Source: Candidatus Izemoplasmatales bacterium
GTDB lineage: Bacteria > Bacillota_I > Bacilli_A > Izemoplasmatales > Hujiaoplasmataceae
Direction of reading: 5' to 3'
Assembly: GCA_050949045.1 (NCBI GenBank)
Contig: JBMNEZ010000001.1
Coordinates: 864,001-928,000, forward strand
DNA length: 64,000 nucleotides
The first letter of the stretch is position 1; the number at the start of each line of letters is the position of its first letter. This document shows, piece after piece, positions 40,047-48,806 of this stretch. Made by a program: the position numbers and the translations under genes. The notes under the pieces are model-generated. The model did not search any database, was not told the DNA's origin, and saw only the letters and a list, made by a program, of their open reading frames with translations.

Positions 40047-41171
40047 CTAGGAAGCACCCTTCTCAAATTCTTTGGTGATTCGAACTTCGGTCTTTGGATC
40101 GAAGAAATGACACTTATCCATATTGAAAGCCAGTTCGAGCTTGTCTCCGATATGAAGATCGCTTCTGGCATCGACCTTGGCGATGATCGAAGCATCGCCG
40201 ATCGAAATGTGGATGTTCGTTTCTGCCCCCAACAACTCGGCAACGTCGACAGTGAGGCTGGCTTTCGAATCGGCGTACTTGATTAGCGAAGCGGGATCGT
40301 CATGCAGATCTTCCGGTCTGATGCTGAGGATGATCGGCGTTTCGATCAGGTTTTTGGTTTTTATCAGCTCAAATTTTTCCTCGGGAACTTTCAGTTTGAG
40401 CGCTTCTACATAGAAGAAACCGTCTTTCTTGACCTCGCCTTTAAGAAAGTTCATCGCCGGAGTGCCGATGAAACCGCCAACGAACATATTGTTGGGATTG
40501 TCGTAGATTTCTTTCGGAGTGCCGATCTGCTGGATGCGTCCGTCTTTCATGACCACGATCCTTGTCGCCATCGTCATGGCTTCGATCTGGTCATGGGTGA
40601 CATAGATCGTCGTGACCTCGAGGCGCTCATGGAGTTTGATCAGTTCGGCGCGCATCGCGACGCGGAGCTTGGCGTCGAGATTGGACAGCGGTTCGTCCAT
40701 CAAAAAAACCTTGGCGTCGCGGACGATCGCTCTTCCGAGCGCGACTCTTTGCCTTTGTCCGCCGGAAAGTGCTTTCGGCTTGCGCTTGAGATAGTCTTGG
40801 AGACCCAGGATGTCGGCCGCATTCTTGACCCTGGCTTCAATCTGGTCTTTGGGCATCTTCCGCAGTTTTAGACCGAACGCCATATTGTCATAGACCGTCA
40901 TGTGGGGATAGAGGGCGTAAGATTGGAAAACCATCGCGATGTTACGGTCTTTCGGAGCGACATCATTGACCAAAACATCATCGATATAGAGTTCGCCTTG
41001 GGTGATTTCCTCCAATCCGGCAACCATCCGGAGCGTTGTTGATTTGCCGCAGCCCGACGGGCCGACGAACACGATGAATTCTTTGTCCTTGACTTCGAGT
41101 GAAAAGTCAAAAACGGCTTGAACGCCGTTATCATAAACCTTGTTTAGGTTTCTAAAAGACAATGTAGCCAT
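40047..41171 (-). CDS. msmX: Multiple-sugar ABC transporter ATPase (MsmX/MalK/UgpC family)
   Basis: GPSGCGKST, LSGGQRQRVALGRA, DEPLSNLDAKLR, TOBE domain; no adjacent permeases. Confidence 0.92.
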   Translation of the reverse strand: MATLSFRNLNKVYDNGVQAVFDFSLEVKDKEFIVFVGPSGCGKSTTLRMVAGLEEITQGELYIDDVLVNDVAPKDRNIAMVFQSYALYPHMTVYDNMAFGLKLRKMPKDQIEARVKNAADILGLQDYLKRKPKALSGGQRQRVALGRAIVRDAKVFLMDEPLSNLDAKLRVAMRAELIKLHERLEVTTIYVTHDQIEAMTMATRIVVMKDGRIQQIGTPKEIYDNPNNMFVGGFIGTPAMNFLKGEVKKDGFFYVEALKLKVPEEKFELIKTKNLIETPIILSIRPEDLHDDPASLIKYADSKASLTVDVAELLGAETNIHISIGDASIIAKVDARSDLHIGDKLELAFNMDKCHFFDPKTEVRITKEFEKGAS

Positions 41172-41263
41172 AACTACCTCCCAGATAGCGAATAATAATT
41201 GTTCTTATCTGAATAAAATTGTATCAAGTATTCGCTATTTTCAAAATGGGCAAACTGCACAAA

Positions 41264-41818
41264 TCAAGTATTGAACAATAAATAAAACGCATAAGCTCCA
41301 AAGAAGGATTTGACGTTGATTTCGGAATAAGCGATGAAATGGTCAATGCGATAGTTGAGGGTGTTTCTGTGCAGGTAAAGCTGTTTTGCGGCGACGCTCT
41401 GGTTTAAATTGGCCTTGATGAATCCCTGGACGGTCTGGATGATTTCGGCGCCAAAAGTGTTGTAGTAGTAATTTCTAAGCCCATTGCGGACATCATGGAT
41501 GCCTTCGAGAACAATTTTCGGGATGATTGACTCGATCGTATAAACGCCGAAACCGATCATGGGCATAACTTTGAGGATTGGCTCCAAAACGAAATTAGGC
41601 GTGATTGGCACGACGAAGAGACAGATGTCGGTGACGAGTTCCTCGAGGCATTTCTCCCGAAGGTGATTCCAGTCGGTAGCCGCCAACGGATCGCTCTCGG
41701 TCAGTTTCAAATAACGATCGATAATCGTGATTTCAAATCCCGAATAACCGCCAAGAAAAGAGACCAAGGTTTCCTGGTTGTTGTCTTTCTGGTAGATGTA
41801 GACCGTTCTTCGCTTCAA
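41264..41818 (-). CDS. PucR/CdaR-type C-terminal HTH regulator (YxkF-like)
   Basis: NLNQSVAAKQLYLHRNTLNYRI; sits upstream of msmX as yxkF does in Bacillus. Confidence 0.85.
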   Translation of the reverse strand: MKRRTVYIYQKDNNQETLVSFLGGYSGFEITIIDRYLKLTESDPLAATDWNHLREKCLEELVTDICLFVVPITPNFVLEPILKVMPMIGFGVYTIESIIPKIVLEGIHDVRNGLRNYYYNTFGAEIIQTVQGFIKANLNQSVAAKQLYLHRNTLNYRIDHFIAYSEINVKSFFGAYAFYLLFNT

Positions 41819-41875
41819 ACTATCGCCTCATATCACTTAGAAAAAAGACCGGCGCTTTCTGCCGGTCGTGCTTTC

Positions 41876-42202
41876 TTATGCCTTGATGAACTGCTCGACA
41901 TCAATGACGAAAATGGTCGCGCCTCCGACCTGGACTTCGACCGGGGTCGTAGAGAAGATCCCGAATTCGCTCGAGATCGCATTTGGCACCAATTTCGTCC
42001 TTCTCCTTGATGTCTCGGAGATGATTTGGATGCATTTGTCGAGCAACTCATCCTGACAGCCGATGATGACCGTCGTGTTTCCGCTCATCAAAAAGCCGCC
42101 GGTGGTGGCGAGTTTCGTCACAAAGAAGTTTTCCTTGATCAGCGTCTTGATAACCTTGCTGGCATCTTCGTTAGCAACGATAGCCATGACCAGTTTCATC
42201 AT
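41876..42202 (-). CDS. darA: Cyclic-di-AMP receptor, PII-like (DarA/PstA)
   Basis: MKLVMAIV..ED, TKLATTGGFL.SGNTT, VEVQVGGATIFV..VEQF. Confidence 0.93.
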   Translation of the reverse strand: MMKLVMAIVANEDASKVIKTLIKENFFVTKLATTGGFLMSGNTTVIIGCQDELLDKCIQIISETSRRRTKLVPNAISSEFGIFSTTPVEVQVGGATIFVIDVEQFIKA

Positions 42203-42290
42203 TGTTCACCGCCTTTATAACGATTTTAGCACAATCAATGTCGATAATAAAGAGAATGCGGGAAAAAACCGCTGATTATGGATGTTATTG

Positions 42291-43700
42291 TCAACCGATC
42301 GCTCCCGTCATTTCAAACTTGATCAGTTGATTAAGCTCGACCGCATATTCCATCGGCAATTCCCGGGAAAATGGCTCAATGAAGCCCATCACGATCATTT
42401 CTGTGGCTTCCTGTTCACTCAATCCCCTCGACATGAGATAGAAGAGTTGTTCTTCGCTGACTTTGGAAACAATCGCCTCGTGCTCGATCTGCCCTTTGAA
42501 GTTCTTGACAATGTTGATGGGCAGGGTGTCGGAGGAAGACAAGGCGTCGATCAGAATCGTATCGCATTGGATCTTGCTTTTCGCTCCGAAAGCTTTCGGG
42601 CCTTGGCTCACTAGTCCACGATAGTTGACTTTGCCGCCTTTGGCGGCGATCGATTTCGAAATGATCGTCGAAGCGGTGTTTTTGCCGATATGGATCATCT
42701 TCGCACCGCTGTCCTGATGCTGGGACTTGCCGGCGAAGGCGATCGAGATCGTCGTCCCCTTCGCCGATTCGCCCTGAAGGATGCAGGAGGGATACTTCAT
42801 ATTCAATCCGGAGCCGATGTTACCATCGATCCATTCCATATGACCATAATCGCCGACGACGGCCCGCTTGGTCACGAGATTGACGATGTTGTTCGACCAA
42901 TTCTGGACGGTTGAATAGCGACAATAGGCATTGTCCTTGACAAAGATTTCAACGACAGCCGCATGCAAAGAATCGCGGGAATAAATCGGCGCGGTACAAC
43001 CTTCGACATAGTTGAGCGATGCCTCTGAATCGACGATGATGAGCGTCCTTTCAAACTGCCCCATTCTTTCGGTGTTGATCCGGAAATATGATTGGAGCGG
43101 CTTTTCGATCTTCACTCCCTTTGGCACGTAGATGAACGAGCCACCGCTCCAGACAGCGGTATTGAGAGCTGCGTATTTGTTGTCAAGATAGCTGACGCTT
43201 TTGGTGAAATAGGTCCTGAAGAGCTCGGGATACTGCTTGAGGGCGCTGTCGGTATCGAGAAAGATGACCCCGAGTTCGTTGAGTTCGGCGATCGTGTTGT
43301 GATAGACGGCCTCGGAGTCGAACTGAGAAGTCAGACCGCTCAGATACTTTTGTTCGGCTTCCGGAATCCCCAGTTTCTGAAACGTTTCCTTGATCGCTTC
43401 GGGAACGTCCTCCCATGAAGACTCAACCTGATCGCTCGCCTTAACATAGTAGACATAATCGTCAAAATTGATGAACGAGAGATCAGGTCCCCAGGAGGGA
43501 TTAGCCATCTTGACGAAAGCCCGGAAGGCTTCAACGCGAATCTCGGTCATCCACTCTGGTTCTTGCTTGTACAATGATATTTGCCTGACGATCGCTTCGG
43601 AGATTCCCCTTGATGTTTCAAATACGCTTTCCTGATCGGTCTTGAAACCGTATTTATAGTCGGAAACAATAGTACTGGGGTCTTTTTTCACCTTACTCAT
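42291..43700 (-). CDS. sufB: Fe-S cluster assembly protein SufB
   Basis: [41 protein letters not shown]. Confidence 0.98.
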   Translation of the reverse strand: MSKVKKDPSTIVSDYKYGFKTDQESVFETSRGISEAIVRQISLYKQEPEWMTEIRVEAFRAFVKMANPSWGPDLSFINFDDYVYYVKASDQVESSWEDVPEAIKETFQKLGIPEAEQKYLSGLTSQFDSEAVYHNTIAELNELGVIFLDTDSALKQYPELFRTYFTKSVSYLDNKYAALNTAVWSGGSFIYVPKGVKIEKPLQSYFRINTERMGQFERTLIIVDSEASLNYVEGCTAPIYSRDSLHAAVVEIFVKDNAYCRYSTVQNWSNNIVNLVTKRAVVGDYGHMEWIDGNIGSGLNMKYPSCILQGESAKGTTISIAFAGKSQHQDSGAKMIHIGKNTASTIISKSIAAKGGKVNYRGLVSQGPKAFGAKSKIQCDTILIDALSSSDTLPINIVKNFKGQIEHEAIVSKVSEEQLFYLMSRGLSEQEATEMIVMGFIEPFSRELPMEYAVELNQLIKFEMTGAIG

Positions 43701-44133
43701 CGCCTTCGCCCCTCATAAGCGTCTCTAAAAAGGCGAGCCAAGCGATCGTCGCGCATTTGGTCCTGGCCGGAAACATCCTAACCCCTCGGAAAGCTTCCGC
43801 CTCCTCCAAATCGATTGACTCGTCGTAAGCTTCGTTCTTGACCATCGCAATGAAAGTCTCCGCCGTTTTCTTCGCTTCGTCGACATTTTTTCCGATCATC
43901 ATCTCCGTCATAATCGAAGCCGAAGCACAACAGATGCTGCAGCCGAAACCGTCCTGCCGACAATCAGCGACGACATCATTTTGAACCTTGGTCTGGACGG
44001 TGACATCATCGCCGCAACTTGGATTCTTGTAGCGGTATTTTCGATATGCAGGATCGTCAAAAAGCCCCTTGTTCCGGGGATATTTGAAATGTTCCATGAT
44101 GATTTCGCGATAGAGATTGTCAAGTTGTGTCAT
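43693..44133 (-). CDS. sufU: SUF system sulfur-transfer/scaffold protein SufU
   Basis: [33 protein letters not shown]. Confidence 0.95.
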   Translation of the reverse strand: MTQLDNLYREIIMEHFKYPRNKGLFDDPAYRKYRYKNPSCGDDVTVQTKVQNDVVADCRQDGFGCSICCASASIMTEMMIGKNVDEAKKTAETFIAMVKNEAYDESIDLEEAEAFRGVRMFPARTKCATIAWLAFLETLMRGEGDE

Positions 44134-44141
44134 GGCGTCAC

Positions 44142-45344
44142 CTAAAATCCGAGATTATGAAAAAAATTGACTGCCGACTTGGTAACCTCGACAAAGCGGT
44201 CGATGTCCTCGTAGTCAGTGTAGATATGGAACGAAGCCCTCAAGCTGGAATCGACGCCAAGAAAGGCGTTAACCAGTTGGGCGCAATGATGGCCGGAGCG
44301 GATCAAGACTCCCGCTTCGGCATAATACGAGACGGCGTCATGCGAAGGAACACCCTCAAGATTGAAGGTGATGATGCCTTTGTCCGCTCCGGGATTATAG
44401 AGCTTAACACCTTTGATCGACTGCAGTTTTTCCCAAGCATATCGGTAGAGATCCTTCAAATGTCGGTCAATTAGTTCCAGACCTATCCCATTCAGATAAT
44501 CGAGCGCTGCTTTGAGCCCGATCGCGCCAGCGATCGGCATCGTCCCGGCTTCGAAACGGTAAGGAGCATCTTTCCAAGCTGCATCGTCGATGGTCACAAA
44601 GTCATTCATGTCACCGCCAAATTCGATCGGGTCCAATTCTTTTAACAGTTCTTTTTTGCCATAGAGAACCCCAATGCCGGTTGGAGCGAGCATCTTGTGT
44701 CCGGAGAAGGCAACGAAATCGGCACCGAGTTTCCTGACATCGATTTTTTCCGAATAGACCGACTGGGCACAGTCGATCACCGAAATAGCATTAACTTGGC
44801 GGGCAAGACCGATGATTTCCGCAATCGGGGTCAGATAGCCCATGACATTGGAGACATGGGTCAGGGCGACAACTTTCGTATGGTTGTTGAGAACGCTTTT
44901 AAAACCTTCGACGGTTATTCTGCCGGTCTTTGAAAGCGGAAGATACCTGAGGGTGGCGCCGGTTTTTCTGGCGACTTCACGCCAGGGAAGGAGCGAAGAA
45001 TGATGTTCGAGCTCACTGGTGATGATCTCATCCCCGGGCTTCAACTTCTTGATACCATAGGCCAAGGCGACAAAATTCAGCGAAGCGGTCGCCCCTCTTG
45101 TGAAGATGATCTCTTCATCCTTGGCATTAAGAAAACTGGCAACCGCGGCGCGTGCGCCTTCGTACAAATCGGTTGCCTCGATCGATTCGGCATACATGCT
45201 GCGGTGGACATTGGCGCTCAGTTCGCGGTAATAATGGTCGACGGCATCGATCACACTCTTTGGCTTGTAACTCGTTGCGGCCGAATCGAGGTAGGTTCTT
45301 CCAATTTTTATTTGGGGGAAATCGACGCGCCATCTGTTGGTCAT
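44142..45344 (-). CDS. sufS: Cysteine desulfurase SufS
   Basis: YLDSAAT, SGHKMLAPTGIG, RSGHHCAQ. Confidence 0.97.
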   Translation of the reverse strand: MTNRWRVDFPQIKIGRTYLDSAATSYKPKSVIDAVDHYYRELSANVHRSMYAESIEATDLYEGARAAVASFLNAKDEEIIFTRGATASLNFVALAYGIKKLKPGDEIITSELEHHSSLLPWREVARKTGATLRYLPLSKTGRITVEGFKSVLNNHTKVVALTHVSNVMGYLTPIAEIIGLARQVNAISVIDCAQSVYSEKIDVRKLGADFVAFSGHKMLAPTGIGVLYGKKELLKELDPIEFGGDMNDFVTIDDAAWKDAPYRFEAGTMPIAGAIGLKAALDYLNGIGLELIDRHLKDLYRYAWEKLQSIKGVKLYNPGADKGIITFNLEGVPSHDAVSYYAEAGVLIRSGHHCAQLVNAFLGVDSSLRASFHIYTDYEDIDRFVEVTKSAVNFFHNLGF

Positions 45345-46255
45345 ACGATACCCGCTCCTTTGATTTTGGCTTCGATCAGAGAGTTGATGTATTCTCCATA
45401 TTCGGCGTCGCCGACAGCTTCGATAAAGGGAACAATATAGCCCGAAAGGATCAGTTTCTTCGCCTCTAGTTCCGAAAGGCCTCGGCTCTGGAGATAGAAC
45501 ATCTCGTCTTCGCTGATTTGGCCGATGGCGGCGCCATGCGCCGCGAACACATCGTATTCATCGATGAACAGGTAAGGATCGGCCTCGATTTCGGCTTGTT
45601 CACAAAAAATGAGCCCGCGATTGCTTTGGTTGCAGGCAGAACCTTTCTTACCTTTTTCGATGACGCCGCTGACTTGGTATTTTAACTTCGCACCCGCAGC
45701 GGCGATCAGATAGTTATCCAGTTTTGAAACCGTTGCCTGCGCCTGATGATAAACCATTTGGTTGCGTTTTGCCCGATCGGCGCCGCTGGCGACATGGAGT
45801 GTGCGGTGGTACAGTTTCGCCCCTTCGCCGACGAGATGGTAGTGATCGGATAATTCCAAAATGCCATCGTGGACGATGCAGTCGTCGATTCTAAGCGACG
45901 CCTGCGCTCCGACTGTCGCCTTCAAAGCAACTCGTCCCATCGTCTTGGAAGCATGGAAGAACATCTGTGCCATATTGACTGTGGCTTTCGGCATCAGGGA
46001 AAACTCGATTTCGCAATCGCTTGTCTGCTCACCAACAAAGATGAGCCTGATCATGCTATAACTGCCTTGATCAAAAGTAATCTTCAAGGTAGAGGCGTCC
46101 TTTACAGCCTTGATGATGATGTTTGCCGGTTTCTTCGAAGTTCCGGTAAAGACGAAACTTTCGCCATCGTGAACGGCGTGAGTATTGTTAACGACATTTT
46201 TGCCCGCAACCGTGAGCGTTCCTCGATCGTCTTTCAAAAATACGGGGATACTCAT
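45341..46255 (-). CDS. sufD: Fe-S cluster assembly protein SufD (short form)
   Basis: PYLFIDEYDVFAAHGAAIGQ...FYLQSRGL. Confidence 0.92.
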   Translation of the reverse strand: MSIPVFLKDDRGTLTVAGKNVVNNTHAVHDGESFVFTGTSKKPANIIIKAVKDASTLKITFDQGSYSMIRLIFVGEQTSDCEIEFSLMPKATVNMAQMFFHASKTMGRVALKATVGAQASLRIDDCIVHDGILELSDHYHLVGEGAKLYHRTLHVASGADRAKRNQMVYHQAQATVSKLDNYLIAAAGAKLKYQVSGVIEKGKKGSACNQSNRGLIFCEQAEIEADPYLFIDEYDVFAAHGAAIGQISEDEMFYLQSRGLSELEAKKLILSGYIVPFIEAVGDAEYGEYINSLIEAKIKGAGIV

Positions 46256-47082
46256 AGTTTGTCACCGGGGCTCTTTATTTTCCTGGCACAGCTTTCAAGC
46301 GAATATTGGATTTTTTCTTCCTCAAACTCATCGATTCCCAGTTCGTTTCGGAGCCAATCATAGCCTTCCTTGTCGATTCTCCTGATCAGTTCTTCCCCGC
46401 CGGTCTTGACGATCGAACCCTTGATCATGATATGGACATGATCGGGGATGATGTAGTCGAGCAATCTTTGATAGTGGGTGATCAACACCAGTCCGAGTTC
46501 CGGCGATTTCATCTTCGTAACGCTTTCGCCGACCAATTTGAGCGCATCGATGTCGAGCCCAGAATCAATTTCATCCAAAAAGGCGATCTTCGGCTTGATC
46601 AATGACATCTGCAAGATCTCGTTCCGCTTCTTCTCGCCCCCGGAAAACCCCTGGTTCAAATACCTGTGGGACAGGCCTTTACCCATCGCAAGCGCTTTGG
46701 CCTCCTCTTCGAATTGGAGGATGAATTTGCCGATTTTGAGGTGTTCGCCCTCAGGTAGGCGGGCGGAAACGGCTGTCCTCACAAAATCGAAGTTGGTGAC
46801 TCCGGGAACCTCAACAGGATTTTGCATGGCCAAAAACAAGCCTCTGCGGCTGCGTTCGTCGACCGACAGACCGAGAATGCTCTCGTTGTCAAGGAGAATG
46901 TCTCCTGATTCGATCTTGTATTTCGGATGACCCATGACGATCGCCGCAAGTGTTGACTTGCCGGTGCCGTTTGGCCCCATGATCGCGTGCGTCTCTCCGC
47001 CCTTGACTTTCAAGTTAACGCCGCTCAATATCAATTGTCCCTCGGCTGAAACCACCAAATTGACTATTTCGAGAACCGCCAT
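46252..47082 (-). CDS. sufC: Fe-S assembly ATPase SufC
   Basis: MGPNGTGKST, GFSGGEKKRNEILQ, DEIDSGLDIDAL, ITHYQRLL. Confidence 0.98.
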   Translation of the reverse strand: MAVLEIVNLVVSAEGQLILSGVNLKVKGGETHAIMGPNGTGKSTLAAIVMGHPKYKIESGDILLDNESILGLSVDERSRRGLFLAMQNPVEVPGVTNFDFVRTAVSARLPEGEHLKIGKFILQFEEEAKALAMGKGLSHRYLNQGFSGGEKKRNEILQMSLIKPKIAFLDEIDSGLDIDALKLVGESVTKMKSPELGLVLITHYQRLLDYIIPDHVHIMIKGSIVKTGGEELIRRIDKEGYDWLRNELGIDEFEEEKIQYSLESCARKIKSPGDKL

Positions 47083-47162
47083 TTGCCCGTACCCCCAAAT
47101 ATCACATCCATTTTACCGCATTTGCGGGCAATATGCAAAAAATATTGCTGTTTAATTTTGCC

Positions 47163-47188
47163 AAAAAAAAGGAGCGAAGGCTCCTTTT
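47163..47188 (-). terminator. Terminator after the MgtC-family gene
   Basis: AAAAGGAGC-GAAG-GCTCCTTTT with A/T runs on both sides. Confidence 0.8.
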
Positions 47189-47729
47189 ACTTTTCGACAA
47201 TTTCCGAACCGATGATCTCCGGGCTTTTTGTATGCCTGATCGTGGTGAGATCCAACAGTTTCCGAAAGCCTGTCAAGAAGATCAACGAAAACAGGCTCAA
47301 GACGATCCCTAAAACATAGAAACCGATGCCGAAACAGATTCCGATCATCGCCGCCAGAAACAGCGTCGCTGCCGTCGTCAGGCCGTAGATACCGCTTGAA
47401 GTCTTGAGGATCGTACCCGCACCGAGAAAACCAACGCCGGTAACGACCTGGGCGATGATACGCTGACGCTCAAGATTGACGGCAATCCCCTGAGCCGCGA
47501 GCTGCGGTCCAAGGCTGAGGGCTTGGAGATAGAGGGCGTCTTGAAGGATAGCCATGGCGCAAGCCGCAAAAGCGACCATCAAATGGGTGGTCACGCCGGC
47601 TATCTTGTGGCGGATCTGCCTTTCGATGCCGATGATACCGACGAAGGCGGTGGTGAGACCCATTCGGAGAATGATCTCGCCGACTCCGGGACCGGTCTCA
47701 AGGAAATTTTTAAATACGGATAAAACCAT
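47187..47729 (-). CDS. MgtC/SapB family membrane protein
   Basis: IGIERQ...AGVTTH, RIIAQVVTGVGFLGAG.I, GLTTAA. Confidence 0.92.
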   Translation of the reverse strand: MVLSVFKNFLETGPGVGEIILRMGLTTAFVGIIGIERQIRHKIAGVTTHLMVAFAACAMAILQDALYLQALSLGPQLAAQGIAVNLERQRIIAQVVTGVGFLGAGTILKTSSGIYGLTTAATLFLAAMIGICFGIGFYVLGIVLSLFSLIFLTGFRKLLDLTTIRHTKSPEIIGSEIVEK

Positions 47730-47792
47730 GGATGATCACCTGATTTCTGTATTTATCCATCATTTAGGAAAGCGTTTACTTTGTGAATAATT

Positions 47793-47821
47793 ATTATAGC
47801 AGAATCAAAACGCAATTTCAA
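47793..47821 (-). promoter_or_regulatory. SigA-type promoter of the MgtC-family gene
   Basis: TTGAAA-N17-TATAAT with a TG extension. Confidence 0.75.
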
Positions 47822-47855
47822 CCAAGATCAATAATAAAAAATCCCAAACGCAAAC

Positions 47856-48746
47856 TCAGTTGCGATCGGGATTGACATGGACCATGCAATGCTTGATGTC
47901 CGGCACTTTGGCTTCGACAAGGTCGTGGACGCGGTGAGCGATGGCATGGGCTTGCGCAAGCGACAGATTGCGATCCACCGCAATCTCGATATCGACAAAA
48001 ATTTTCATGCCGAACTGTCGGGTCTTGAGGTCATCGATCCGGATGACGCCGGGATCGGAGTTGACGGTCTCCTCGATCAGTTTTACCACTTCCCTACCGG
48101 CGGCCTCGTCGACAACCTGGCTGAAGCCGCTCTTGATGATCCGAAACGCCAACCTGATGATAAAGGCGCAAATGATGAGCGCGGCGAGCGGCTCGAGATA
48201 GACAAGTCCGAGGAGCGAGCCGCCGATACCGATCAAGGCACCAGAGGTCGCCAACACATCCGAGCGGTTGTCGAGAGCGATCGCCTCCAAGGCGCCGGAA
48301 CGCGCTTTCTTGGCGTTTCTTCTCGTAAGATGGTACATCGTTTCCTTGATCGCAATGGTTGCGATGGCGACGACTAAGGCTACCGGTTTGACCGGGACAA
48401 TGTCCTTTCCAAAGGTAAAAAACTCATATAGCTTCACCACAGAAAGCTTGGCGATCTCAAAAACGGTGATGATCAGAGCCATCCCGATGAAGACAGAGAT
48501 CATCGACTCGAACTTCTCGTGCCCGTAGGGATGTTTCTTGTCCTCCTTCTTGCGGGACAGGACGCCAAAGATCAGTACAACAATATTGGTCAAAACATCG
48601 CTGATCGAGTTGACGGCGTCGGTGATCATCGCCGTTGATTTTCCGAAGATGCCGGCGATGATTTTTAACACTGCCAGGATCCCGTTCATAATAATCGTGC
48701 CAAGAGTCGTTCTGACGATGATCTTTTTTTCATTATCGAGGGTCAT
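47856..48746 (-). CDS. Cation diffusion facilitator (FieF-like) transporter
   Basis: S.AMITDAVNSISD, HPYGHEKFE, C-terminal AH.IAH...HVNP. Confidence 0.95.
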   Translation of the reverse strand: MTLDNEKKIIVRTTLGTIIMNGILAVLKIIAGIFGKSTAMITDAVNSISDVLTNIVVLIFGVLSRKKEDKKHPYGHEKFESMISVFIGMALIITVFEIAKLSVVKLYEFFTFGKDIVPVKPVALVVAIATIAIKETMYHLTRRNAKKARSGALEAIALDNRSDVLATSGALIGIGGSLLGLVYLEPLAALIICAFIIRLAFRIIKSGFSQVVDEAAGREVVKLIEETVNSDPGVIRIDDLKTRQFGMKIFVDIEIAVDRNLSLAQAHAIAHRVHDLVEAKVPDIKHCMVHVNPDRN

Positions 48747-48806
48747 CTGCGCCTCCAAAAGGCAACGTGCGGCAAATCCCGCACGTCGTCATTGTTTATT
48801 TGTGTT

